A stretch of 64,000 nucleotides of DNA from Callorhinchus milii (taxonomy: Eukaryota), in assembly GCF_018977255.1 (NCBI RefSeq), contig NW_024704743.1, positions 109,184,001 to 109,248,000 on the forward strand, in the 5' to 3' direction. The translations under genes and the position numbers were made by a program. The notes beneath the pieces are model-generated. The model saw nothing but the letters and a program-made list of their open reading frames with translations, did not search any database and was not told the origin of the DNA. Shown here piece after piece: positions 24,138-36,175 of this stretch. Numbering within the stretch: the stretch's first letter is position 1; every line of letters starts with the position of its first letter.

Positions 24138-24450
24138 AATAATAATAATCCTTGCATTTGATATAGCGCTTTTCACGTCGGGAGGACGTCCCAAAGCGCT
24201 TCACAGAATATACTGTAAAGTGAGTTGACTGTATATTTGTGGGCGAATGCGGCAGCCAATTGCGCACAGCAATGTCCCAGAAACAGTCATAGATTGAAAA
24301 TGACCAATTTAATTATTGTTTTTGGTTTTGGAGGGATTATTATTAGGCGTGTGGAGTAAGGAAACTTGCCCAAGGTTTCGCCCCGCCTGGAATTGAACTC
24401 AGGTCTCTCGCTTGCAAAGCGAGTGCTCTAACCACTGAGCTACAGGACTC
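24138..24450 (-). mobile_element. Full-length young SINE (short form)
   Basis: Near-identical to 17852-18172; perfect anticodon arm ctcgc-tttgcaa-gcgag. Confidence 0.9.
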
Positions 24451-24719
24451 AACTGGAAAACATTGTACGATTTGGTGAAGTACGAAAAATCCTGGCACTT
24501 GCACTTTACATTGCACGGTTTCTTATGTGAGTTAGGATTGAAACCTGGAGACTTTTGTTAAATACATGGATTATTCACCAGGGACTTCCTCAGATTGTAC
24601 TAGCGTGTTGCCTCATTCACTTATATGTTAAAAAAATTAATACTAAAGAGCGTTTTCATGGAACAGATAGAAATTCTGTAGTTGCAATTATTTAAATTTC
24701 AGGTTTCAAAGCTATGTAA

Positions 24720-25605
24720 CCAAACAAAGAATAAAAGGTTAGTCAAAGGTAGAGTGGAGCCAAATAGGGACCAAAGAGGAAATATTGTGGAGGCATGGCT
24801 GACACACTGAATGAGTCATTTGCATCTTTCTTCACAAAAGAAAAGGATGCAGCCAATGCCACAGTATCGGAGGAGAGGGTAGAGAACAGAGAGACCTGAG
24901 GGCTCATATAAATAAATCTTTGAAGGTGGCAGGACAGGTAAATAAAGCTGTTAAAAAAGCATATGGGATACTAGGCTTTATAATAGGGGCATAGAATACA
25001 AAAGTCAGGAAGTTATGATGAACCTTTATAAAGCACTGGTTAGGCATCAGTTACAGTACTGAGTACTGTGTTCAGTTCTGGGCACCACACTTTAGGAGGG
25101 ATGTCAAGGCGTTGGAGCAAGTGCAAAGGAGATTTACCAGGATGGTACCAGGATGAGGGACTTCAGTTATCAGGAGAGGCGAGAGAAGCTAGGATATTCT
25201 CCTTGGAGCAGAGAAGGTTAAGAGGAGACTTAATAGAAGTTTTGAAAATGATGAGGGTATTCGAGAGGGTGAACAAAGAGAAACTATTTCCACTGACGGG
25301 TGGGTTGGTAACCCAAGGACATCAATTTAAAATAGTTGTTAAAAGAAACAGAGGGGAGAGGTGAGGAGAAATTTTTTCACACAGTAAGTTGTTCGGAGCT
25401 GGAATGTATTGCCTTAAAGGGTGATGGAAGCTGAATTGATAACAACTTTTAAGATAGAAGTAGATAATATTTGGGGAAGACGTTTGCAGGGATATGAGGA
25501 GAAAGCAAGGGAGTGGGATTGATTTGGTTAGCTCTTTCCAAAGAGCCAGCACATGCAGGGTCGAATGGCCTCTTTCTGTGCTGTATAATTCTATGATTCT
25601 ATAAA
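24720..25605 (+). mobile_element. CR1 LINE 3' portion, decayed
   Basis: FSLEQRRLRGDLIEVLKMM...LFPL; CR1-type 3' UTR ending in (attctatg)-like repeats. Confidence 0.88.
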
Positions 25606-26923
25606 GTGACATTTTTCATAAATTATGGCATATTACAAGGGCAATCTTAGAGCTCTTTTGTGAAGTAGAAGTTGTCCGCCTGGCTCAGTTGGTAGCACTC
25701 TCACCTCTGAAACAGAAGGTTCTGGGTTAATTATACAATCATTTGATTTGACACACCAGTCAGTGTAATTTTACCTGTTTCACTGGATTAAAATACTTCA
25801 GCCATACCACAGCGAAGACAAATTTTTAAACATAAACCAATCTATTGGTGTAAATTGTGACATGATTTATTTTCTGAACATCATGGAAATTTCAAATGAA
25901 TATCTTTCCTGCCTTCTGATCAATTTTGCAATATTTCTGCCACCCTGTCTCATGCTTTATCTTACCTCTCCACGGCATAGTTACCTCATCTCTCAGCTCC
26001 AACCCATTTTCGTCTCCTTTGGCCCACATGTTATTTTATTTAATTCATTCACTCAACAAAATTCCCACTGTAATTACGCAAACTGCTAGAAAGATGTCAT
26101 TATCTGTGCTGTATGGACCTCATGTGGGCTGCACAGCTGCACTTGGAATGCTAAGTTGCAGGTAATAAAGCTCCACTTTATACATTCATTGGAGCTAATA
26201 GAGCTTCTCAGTTGGTGGCAGTAAACACGATCACACCTTCAAAAGTGAACTTTTTCCTTAAAATGAGTCACTCACAATCAGATCCCAGTTTAGCATTTCA
26301 TATAGTGCCCTATCATATTGAAAAATGGGTCAGTAACTATAATAATAAATAATAATCCTTGCATTTGATATAGCGCCTTATCATGTCTTCAAGACGTCTC
26401 AAAGCGCTTCACAGAATATATTGTAAAGTGAATTGACTGTATATTTTGTGGGCAAATCGTGGCAAAGAATTGTGCACAGCAGTGCCCCACAAACAGTCGT
26501 GGATTTAGTGACCAATTTATTTTTATTTATTTTCGATAAAAGCGATTCGCCAATTGACTAATAACCGGGTTCTTACTTACTGCGAGGTAACCAGAAGTGT
26601 GTGGTGTAAGGAAACTTGCCCAACATTTTGCTCTACCAGGAATCAAACCCAAGTCCTCTCACTTGCAAAGTGAGTGCTCTAAAAACTAAGCTATAGGATT
26701 CCACAAATGTATGGTGGAGCTGGAGTGACCAGCGAGGAGGGCATTGGAATAGTTCAGCTGGGAAGTGGCGAAGGTGTGGACGAGGGTTTTGGCTGCTTTG
26801 GTTGTAAGGTATGGATGGAGTTGGGCAATGTGACGTAGGTGGAAAAAAGTGGTCCTGGGAACGAATGTGGAATAGAAAGGAAAGCTGGTGATCGAACTTG
26901 GGGTGACAATAAGCATGGTCGAA

Positions 26924-28110
26924 AACAACAACAAGAGTACATTTGTATAGCGCCTTTTACATCAGGGGGATGTCCCAAGTCGCTGGACAGTGACAGCATT
27001 TCAGTTCTGAGCTGGGGTTGGGGGGAAAAGGGAGGGGAGGGGAAGGGGGGTGACCAATGGCATGGTCGAAGACAAGGGTTTTGAGGTGGGACTTGAAGGA
27101 GGCTAAGGAGGGGGTGAGGTGGAGTGGTTGGGAGATGGAGTTCCAGAGGTTGGGGGCAGAGTAGCTGAAGGCTCTCCCGCCAATGGTGGGGTGGATGGGT
27201 CGGGGGACGTGGAGCAGGCCGGAGCCGGCTGAGCAGAGGGACCGGGTGGGTTGGTAGGAGGTTAGGAGGTCACAGAGACAGGGTGGGGCAAGACCATTAA
27301 GGGCTTTGTAGGTGAGGACCAGGATTTTGAACTGAATCCTCTGAAGGATAGGGAGCCAATGGAGTCGGGCAAGAATGGGAGAGATGGGGTCACGGAGTTT
27401 GGACATGGGCTGCAGAATTCTGGATTATCTGCAGCCTGTGGAGGGAGGAGTTGGGAAGGCCGACAAGCAGGGCGTTTGCATAGTCGAGCCTGGAGGTGAT
27501 GAAGGCATGAACATGGCTTGGATGTGGGGAAGAAAAGACAGTTGAGGGTTGAGCAAGACACCTTGGTTCCTGACTGGCTTGGTGAGTTGTAGTGTGCAAC
27601 TATGGAGGTTGATGCTGCCAGAGCCTGAGGTGCAGACGTGCTAGTGCGAGGCAATCAGGAGGGCCTCAGTCTTGTTCACATTCAACTGTAGGAAGTTTGC
27701 CCTCATCCAGGACTTGATGTCCGACAGGCAGTCTGTCAGGACTGCAGTGGTCCTGGAGTTGAGGGTGGGAGGCAAAGAGATAGAGTTGGGTGTCATCTAC
27801 ATACATATGGAAATTGACCCCATGTCTGCAGATGATGTCACCAAGGGGGAGCATGTAGATATTAAAGACGAGAGGACCAAGGACAGAACCCTGGGGGACG
27901 CCAGACGTGACAGTGCGGGGGCTGGAGCAGAAACCGTTAGAGGCAACAAGGTGGAGATGGTGAGAGAGATAGGAATCGAACCAGACAAGGGCAGGTGCCA
28001 CGAAGATTAAGTAACGAGGAGAGGCGGTGTATGAGGATGGAGTGGTCGACAGTTTGAAGATGGCAGAGAGGTCGAGGAGAACAAGGACGCAGAGGGAGCC
28101 CGGATCACAA
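26924..28110 (-). mobile_element. L2 LINE, about 1.2 kb, RT to 3' end, decayed
   Basis: GVPQGSVLGPLVFNIYMLPLGDII...MYVDDTQLY; (caa)n tail. Confidence 0.92.
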
Positions 28111-28419
28111 AGAAAGTTTTTCAGGCAGGACTTGACAAAGGGAAATTAGCTTCGCAAGCAGTTAGCAAAAATGTGAGTGCAGGAGCGAATTTGTAGATAT
28201 CTGAGAAACTTTTTCAAGTAGATGAAATGTTGATAGGAAGGATAGTTTATCCTTAACTAAATGGGGGGAAGGGGGGCTAACCTGCTGGCACAAATGTAAA
28301 AGCAGCAATTATTTTTAATTTAAATTAAATTTAGAGGGGTGATGGTAAAGTGTTGGAGAACAACGAGGATAATCCATAATAAAGGCTAATAATGATTATT
28401 ATTGTAATATAATAATATT

Positions 28420-28735
28420 ATAATAATAATCCTTGCATTTGATATAGCTCTTTTTCACGTCTTCTCGACGTCTTAAAGCGCTTCACAGAATATACTGTAA
28501 AGTGAATTGACCGTATATTTGGAGGCAAAACGCGGCGGCCAATTGCGCACAACAGTGTCCCACAAATAGTCGTGGATTGAAAATGACCAATTTATTATTG
28601 TTTTTTGTTTTGAAGTGATTATTATTAGGCATGTGAAGTAAGGAAACTTGCCCAAGGTTTTGCCCTGCCTGGAATTGAACCCCGGTGTCTCGCTTGCAAA
28701 GCGAGTGCTCTAACCACTGAGCTACAGGACTCCAC
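28420..28735 (-). mobile_element. Full-length SINE (short form)
   Basis: Same head, core and tail. Confidence 0.9.
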
Positions 28736-28749
28736 ATATTATATTAGAA

Positions 28750-29150
28750 GAATGAGCTATGAGCAACAATTTGACGATCTAGGGCTCTTCAATCCTGAAA
28801 GGAGATGTCTCAGAGGGATCTTATAGAGCTGAATAAAATTTTACATGCAATTGAAAAAGTAACCCAGACCAATACTTTAGGATGCACCAAGATAGTAGAA
28901 CAAGGAGCACATAGTGTAGAGTTGTAAATGACAATTACAAGACAGACACCCAAAGTTTTCTTTGTCCAGAGTCTAACTAACGACTGGAACAGGTTGCCAG
29001 AAAGCATAGTTGAGGCCTGGATGTTGGACTCATTTGAAAAGATATCTTGAAGCTGTGGTGAGAGGACAGTAGGGTGAGTATTCTAAAAGAATGAGATCAA
29101 ATGGGCCAAAAGGCCTTCTTTGTCGAAACCAATCCTGTGTTCTTGTGAGA
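28750..29150 (+). mobile_element. Old CR1 3' fragment
   Basis: LRGDLIE-like and WNRLP-like motifs; related fragments near 40620-40710 and 55565-55830. Confidence 0.65.
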
Positions 29151-29257
29151 CCTTGCTTGGCTACCCTATTTGCCAACACATTCATGGGACAGAAATTACC
29201 AATGAAGAGCTTTGCGATGTTTTGATATTAAAAGTGCTCTATTAAATACAAGGGTTG

Positions 29258-29287
<30 letters not shown>
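29258..29287. repeat. (TTA)n microsatellite
   Basis: About 10 units, at the end of a decayed retro-element tail. Confidence 0.9.
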
Positions 29288-29289
<2 letters not shown>

Positions 29290-29749
29290 AATCCAGCCCA
29301 GATCAGGCTGTAGCCCTGCTCCTGAAACCATTTGGAGATTGCAGAATGCAGTGGAAATGTTTGCTTAGTGCACTTTCATTTGATTTACTACAGTACATAG
29401 AAAGCGGTAAATAGATGTCAAACTGGCTAAATGTTGCTAAAATAATTCCTTTTGGTCGATTTGATTTGCATTTGCTATTTTAACCAAGGTACTGCACTTT
29501 TCAATCACAGTGCAGAAAGTATCTGCACAAATCTGCCTTCAGCATGTTCTAAGCTCCAAAGTCATCCCTGCATGAAGGAACACCACCTCACGGGCAAGTT
29601 TCATGCTAGAATTAACTTTGATGGAGATTCTTCTCTGTAGTCAGGATTATGCTAATGTGTGCACATTGAAAAGAAACAAAATATATGGGACAGCAACAGG
29701 ACTCAATTGCAGTGAAACCATTGCTTTCTTCTGAAACGTAAGTTCCTCG

Positions 29750-30256
29750 ACTCCTTGCCGGTCTTCACAACTCCACTATAAATAAATAATACAAAACTCT
29801 GCTGCTCATGTCCTCACCCATACCAGGCTCCGCACTCCCACCATCCCAGTTCTCACCAGGCTTCACTGGTTCTCTGTTTCAGAAGGGATCAATTTCATGA
29901 TCCTCACGCTCACATTCAAACCACCTCACGACCTAACTCCCCGCCTAGCTCTCCGATCTGCTCACACCTCACTCCACTACTTGCCGCTTTCACTCAGGTG
30001 GCTCAGGTCTGTTGCACATCCCTCATGCCCTCCATTCCACCATTGGCAGCCCTGCTTTCAGCCACTAGGCCCCCCACAGTCTCCGGAACTCTCTGCCTCA
30101 ACCCCTCCATCTTGCTCCCTCTTTGCCCATCTTCAAATCACACCTGAGGCCTTTCCTCATCGACTGTGCATTTAGTCACCTCCCCTCTCTTTGGAGCTTA
30201 GAGTCAAACCATACCACTGTTAAGTGCTCCAAGCTACTCGTGTAAAGAGCGCTGTA
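29750..30256 (+). mobile_element. Old L2 3' fragment
   Basis: Diverged similarity to the other L2 3' ends. Confidence 0.7.
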
Positions 30257-30262
30257 TGGGTA

Positions 30263-30315
<53 letters not shown>

Positions 30316-30342
30316 TTATTATTATTATTATTATTATTATTA
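30263..30342. repeat. (TTA)n microsatellite, about 80 bp
   Basis: Expanded tta run next to an L2 tail. Confidence 0.95.
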
Positions 30343-30404
30343 GGTGCAAGTTGTTGTCATCTGTTGCTAGGACAGAATAAAGTAAGGACGAATCAGTATG
30401 TATG

Positions 30405-30577
30405 CAGTAAACTCCTGATAACTCGACCCTTGCTTAACACTACCACTTAAGTCACCATTCTGTTAACATACTGCCCGCATATATTTATGTATTTATACAT
30501 ATGCCTAACTTACCACTTTGGATAACTCACCACTGAGACCTTTTCCCTTGGAGTACCAAATTATCGGGAGTTAACTG
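30405..30577. mobile_element. Tc1/mariner-pogo (Tigger-like) MITE
   Basis: TIRs cagtaaactcctgataact / aattatcgggagttaactg (16/19) with CAGT termini; TA target duplication not preserved. Confidence 0.6.
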
Positions 30578-30919
30578 TGTAAAACGTAGACATACATACA
30601 CTCCTTCTGTGCTGAATTCAGCAGGCTTTCGACCGTAAGTATTTGCCCGGCTAAAATTGTCCAGATTTTCAACTCGGAGTGGTGTCATGCTTAGACTAAT
30701 GCAATCAAAGACACATCAGGGAATCCTATGTAATAAAATATCAGGAGCCATGTTTTTAAAAAGGTCACTCCGTGCAAACAGCTGCTAGCTATTTACAATG
30801 AACAGTGACTAATTCCTCTGAATTTGAATGCAACAAATGTTGCTAAAATAATTACTTGTTGCTACATAGCAAAAGTGATGCGCGGAAGAGTGGCTCCTGT
30901 AGTTAAAATTAACTTCCAA

Positions 30920-30933
30920 TGACCTCTTGACCT
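30920..30933 (-). promoter_or_regulatory. Perfect DR2 nuclear-receptor element (AGGTCA-AG-AGGTCA)
   Basis: TGACCTctTGACCT on the plus strand, in unique sequence; motif match only, function untested. Confidence 0.35.
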
Positions 30934-31045
30934 TGGAGGTAATACTTAAAAGAAAATATCAATTGTGTTGCTGAATCGAATATTTTTTTCTTTAGCTGTA
31001 AAATTCAAAGGCTAAAAAATAACCCAGAATTATGCTATTTCTTAC

Positions 31046-31216
31046 ACTGGGAAACAGCAACCTGGGGACTTGCCCTGTTGTCTGCTTTGAAACCCCATTA
31101 AGAAAGAAACTGGGGTCTAGCTCTCTCACTGTCCTATCACTCCGAGATACTGGGTATTCAGGAAATTGGGAAAAGTACCCCCATGAACGGCTCTCGGGCT
31201 CGGCCTTGAATGGCTC
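31046..31216 (-). CDS. Candidate exon (EPFKAEPESRSWGYFSQFPEYPVSRSDRTVRELDPSFFLNGVSKQTTGQVPRLLFPS)
   Basis: 57 open codons in unique sequence, donor agt|gtaaga; the acceptor lacks a pyrimidine tract, so it could instead be a first exon or a chance ORF. Confidence 0.25.
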
Positions 31217-33054
31217 CTGAATTTTTTGGCCTTCTTGTTTCGTGGCGAATATTAGCAATTTGGAACAAGCCACAGTGATATGCCACACACATTTTCAACC
31301 CTCATCCAGTCAAGGCCCAAATGGGTTTAAGACAACTTCATTTTGTTGATAACCAAGATTTTCTTTGTGTGCTAAAGTTAAAAAGAAGAGTTTGTTTAGA
31401 TGGGTGGGGTGGTGGTTGGGGGTGTTGGGGAAGAGCAGAAGGACTTGCTTTATCCATCAAACAGGCCGATTGATGGCAACGAGGTGAAGCAGATTCCAGA
31501 GAGTGAGCATCCACGATTCTTTGCCGACAGCACATCCAAATACAACTCGTGATAATATTTAAAACTCTTGCCTACTCCTTTCTCTCTCTCTCCCACACCA
31601 CTCAAAATAATATTGAACCGATATATAGTCAATGGAACAAAAATGGTAATTTCTTGGAACACAGTACAAGAGAAGGTTTGAGAAGTGGAAGCCGTGAAAG
31701 ATCCTCTGGATTCCCAGTAGACGGGTGAGGAGGAGGACGGGGTCGGGGTGGGAGGAAATACTGTTTTTTGACCCCTCTCCCCCCCCCCACGAATCAGCAC
31801 CCCTATTTTACATGACAATCCAAGTGCCTTTCAGGGAGCCAGTTCGCCATTGCATAGAGGTGTATAAACCTTTAAATGGGATTGAAAAAATAAACCCAGT
31901 TCAATAATTTAGGATGTGCCAAGACAGTGGAACAAAATGATATAAATTTAGAGTTGTGAAGGGCAATTTCAGAAAACCACAATAGATTACTTTAACTATC
32001 GCGCAGATCTTAGTGATGTCTGTACCTGGCTAGATAGCAGAACGTAAAGGAGAATGTAGTGTTATTTAAAGGAATGCACCAATCTTTAAACCGATTGAAT
32101 TCGCCTCGACAAACCAGGTTACAAAATTAACACTGACCTTGATTATCCTTTGGGCAGACTGATGCTAACACTGTTCTTAGTAGTTTTAAGGTACTTTGTA
32201 TGTTATCACAAACACTAGCAACTAGCCAAGGAACTGCAATTTAATTTAACAATCGTAAGTGTTTCTTTCTTTGCTCGAGAATAAATCTACCAATCCTTGG
32301 AGGTCAATGTATACCACTGTATTCTTCAATTATTGTACATTTAATGAGTGGCCTTTGGAAAGACTGCACTTAGAATGGGAAATGACCTTTGATGGTCCAC
32401 ATTTATAATGGGAAATCTTGACCTTTGGTGGTTAGAAATCATAATCGGAAATGGTGCATATATAATAATAATAATCCTTGCATTTGATATAGTGCCTTAT
32501 CACATCTTCGAGACATCTCAAAGTGCTTCACAGAATATTCTGTAAAGTGAATTGATTGTATGTTTGGTAGGCAAAACCCGGCAGCCAATTGCGCACAGCA
32601 GCGCCCCACAAACAGTCGTGGATTGAAGTGACCAATTTATTATTTTTTCTCTAACAACTGGGTTCCCACTTATTGCTAGGTAAACAGAGGCATGTGGAGT
32701 AAGGAAACTGGCCCAACATTTCGTCCTGCTGGGAATCGAACCAAAGTCTCTCCCTTGCGAGGCAAGTGCTCTAACCACTGAGCTACAGGACTCCACAATA
32801 TATGTTTGATTATGTACAGTTTTATAATAAATTGCCAATTATCTGCAGGTGAGATTATTGTGTATCCCTCATCCACATCAGTGCCCAGATTTGGAAATAG
32901 CATTGGACTGAAGTGTTAGTGAAAACTTTTACTTGCATTCTTACATGCATTGTAACAAGTAACTAGGCTGACATTTCAGTGGAATGGTGAGGAAGGGGAG
33001 CAACTCATAGCTGAATTTGTTCAGAATTTACAAATTTGCAATAGGCTCCCTAAA

Positions 33055-33505
33055 TTATCAACCCCATCCTTACTCAGCTCCAGTGGTTTCCTATCCCCTC
33101 AACGGATCGAATTCAAGATTCAGATCCATCCACAGCCTCGCCCCACCCCACCCTCACCCCAGAAGGTCTGTGACCTTCTGTAATGCCATTGTCCCGTTTG
33201 CTCCCTCCACTCAGCAAACTCTGGCCTGTTTCATGCCTCCTAACGAATTTGTCTCCACCACCTGTGGGCAAACCTTCAGCCACTCTGACCCTGTTCTCTG
33301 GAACTTCATCTTGCCTCCTCCCTCCGCCTTGTCCCCCTCCCTTTCATTCTTCAACACCTGCCTCAAGACAGCCATCTTTCCCCACCACTACTCAGTTCAT
33401 CCCCGTCACCCCCATAGCTCGAGCTCTCAGTCAACAGTGGGAAGCACTTTGAGAGGTCCTCCCAACATAAAAGGCAGTATATAAATGTAAATCATTGTTG
33501 CTGGG
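33055..33505 (+). mobile_element. Old L2 3' fragment
   Basis: Diverged ORF2 C-terminus (LWNFI) and 3' tail. Confidence 0.7.
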
Positions 33506-34394
33506 ATTTCTTTGTTAAAAACACAAATGTGTTAGTAGCAATGGATTCAACAACAAATTACATTTGTATAGTGCTTTTCACGTCAGGAGTACGTCTCAAG
33601 GCAATTCAGTATTCAAATGACTGTCACAGAAATTGACCAAAAAAGCAATAGGGGAACATTCGGGAGGAATAAGGAAAGCAGAGGATATTATCTGGTTAAA
33701 ATAATAAATCTTCACCAGGCTGAGAGCTGATGTCTATTACAGCAATTAAAAATCCAATGAATTTCTCGAGACAAGTGCCATTCTTGTCCGTCACTCTCAT
33801 TGATTTTTAAATGTCTGTCTTTTGTAATGAAGCTAAATGCACTAAGATTACTTAAAGAAGTAAAGGTGCCTCAAGAAATGCCAAACAATAGCAAGTGAAA
33901 TCTGAATTGCTCTCTTCTCATTCCAACCATTAGTTCAATACAGTACGTATTTTATCTGCGCCTTCATCATAAAAAGTGCAGAATTGGTTCACTGCATCAT
34001 TATACAATGGCATTGATTCAGCCAATCTGTGCATTATTTGAATAGATTTCATGGCTTGCTATTATTTCCTCAACCCCCACTGTTTAAACGTCATCTACTG
34101 TATTAGCTGATGTTGTGCGTCTATTGTACGCACAAGGGATTCTCACCTAGCAGACTTGAGAAGAGGCAATTGTTTGCACTTCTTGCTATACTTTAATTCA
34201 GTATCTCTCAGTCAGACCTCAGCCCAAGTTCAATCTGATTTCACATGATATACTAGGAATCGAGCTGCTACATAGAAAGTTAAGCATGGCAACACTGCAA
34301 CGCTACATAATTGGCTCTGTGTATTACCTTTGTGGTAAAGGTCGAAATTACTGAAGACTGTATAAAGCAAGCTCCTATAACACTAAGCCCCAAA

Positions 34395-35575
34395 ACATAA
34401 CAACAACGTGCACTTATATAGCGCCCTTCACACAGGGTAGCATCTCAGATCGCTTAACAGTGGCAGAGCCTGACTCCAAGCCGGGGGGAGGGTGTAGGTA
34501 GCCGTAAAGAGGAAATTTTTCAGGCGGGACCTGAAACCTAAAAGAGGAGAGAAAAGGGGCAATGGGGAGGGATTGAGGGAGAATATTCCAGAATTTTGGG
34601 GCATAGTGGCTGAAAGCGCGATCTCCAATGGTAGGGCGGAGGGTGCGAGGGACGAGCAGGAGGCCGGTGCCAGTCGAGCAGAGGCTCAAGGTGGTGGATT
34701 GGGGAGTGAGGAGGTCGGAGAGATAGGGAGTTGCCAGGGAGTGAATGGATTTGAACATGAGTGTGAGGATCTTGAAGTCGATCCGTTCAGTGATGGGGAG
34801 CAGTGGAGCCTGGCCAGAACTGGTGAGATGTGGGTACGGAGTTTGGTCTGGTTCAGTATGCGGACAGTAGAGTTCTGAATGAGCTGGAATTTGTGAATGG
34901 TGGAGTTGGGGAGATCAGCGAGGAGTGTGTTGGAGTAATCCAAGCGGGAGATGACAAACGCATGCACGAGTTTCGGCTGCATTTAGGGTAAGGTATGGTC
35001 AGAGGCGGGCAATGTGGCGGAGGTGGAAGAAGATAGTCCTGGTCAGGGACTGGATGTGGAGGAGGAAGGACAGTTGCGGGTCGAATCGGACGCCTAGGTT
35101 GCTCACTGGTTTGGGTGTGTCTGAAGGAGAGCCCAGGGAAGTTGAGGAGCTTAGATCTGCAGGAGTGAAGACGCTGATGGGAGCCAAGGAGTATGGCTTC
35201 CCTCTTGTCCATATTCAGCTGCAGGAAGTTTGCACTCATCCAGACCTTGGTGTCTGCCAGACAAGCTGATAAAACATCAGCGAACCTGGAGTTGGTACTG
35301 GAGGAGGCAAAGTAGATTTGTGTGTCATCCGCATACATGTGGAAGTTTACCCCATGTCTGTGGATGACATCGCTCAGAGGGAGCATATAGATAAGGAAAA
35401 GAAGAGGGCCAAGGATGGAGCCCTGGGGTACCAGGCAGGTGACCGGACGGGGGCGGGGGCGGGAGGAGAAACCATTTACTGAGATGAAATGGAGGCATTT
35501 GGTTAAGTAGGACTCGACTATGCGAGTGCGATCCCACTAAGGTAGATGAGGGAGGAGAGATGATGGAGGAGGACA
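34395..35575 (-). mobile_element. L2 LINE, RT to 3' end, decayed
   Basis: HGVNFHMYADDTQIY...[24 protein letters not shown]. Confidence 0.9.
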
Positions 35576-35781
35576 ATCACCCTGGAAGACTGTAGTTAAG
35601 GTGAGTCAGGTCTGTGAACCCTTCACATTCAATACACCAGAAATTTTTAAAATCAAAAAAACTACATTAGATAGTAATAGTAACAATCATTGCATGTGAC
35701 ACAGCACCTGCAATATCAAAATGTGTCAAAGCACTTCACAGATAATCCCTGTCAAGTGTAGTGATTGTGTAATTGTAGGTA

Positions 35782-36175
35782 AACAACAACAACAAATTAC
35801 ACTTGTAGAGTACCCTTCATGTCAGAAAGACGTCCCAGGGCGCTGGACAATCATGGGTTTTGGTCGCGAGCTGGGAGTTGGGGTCAGAAGGGGAGGAGGA
35901 CAGGGGGGTGGAGGTGGGAGAGTGGCTGAAAGCATTGTTGAAGAGGAAGCTCTTCAGACGGAACTGAAGGAGACAAGAGAAGGGGTGAGGCGGAGGGATT
36001 GCGGGATAGAGTTCCAGAGTGTGGGGGCAGAGATGTTGTATGTCCGACTGCCAATGGTGTGACAGGAAGTGCAGGGGACCTGAAGCAGGCTGGTGTCCGC
36101 CGAGCAGAGGGAACGTACAGGCTGATATGGACTTATGATGTAGAGCAGGGGACCGAGGATAAGATTGGAACCATG
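35782..36175 (-). mobile_element. L2 3' fragment nested in an older Deu-type SINE (host about 35675-36505)
   Basis: Host SINE sequence stops at ...gtaggtaaa|caacaac and resumes near 36176 (acggcagccaatt). Confidence 0.75.

Noticed and set aside
30256..30450. Poly-Leu signal-peptide-like ORF
   Set aside because: Translation of a (TTA)n microsatellite
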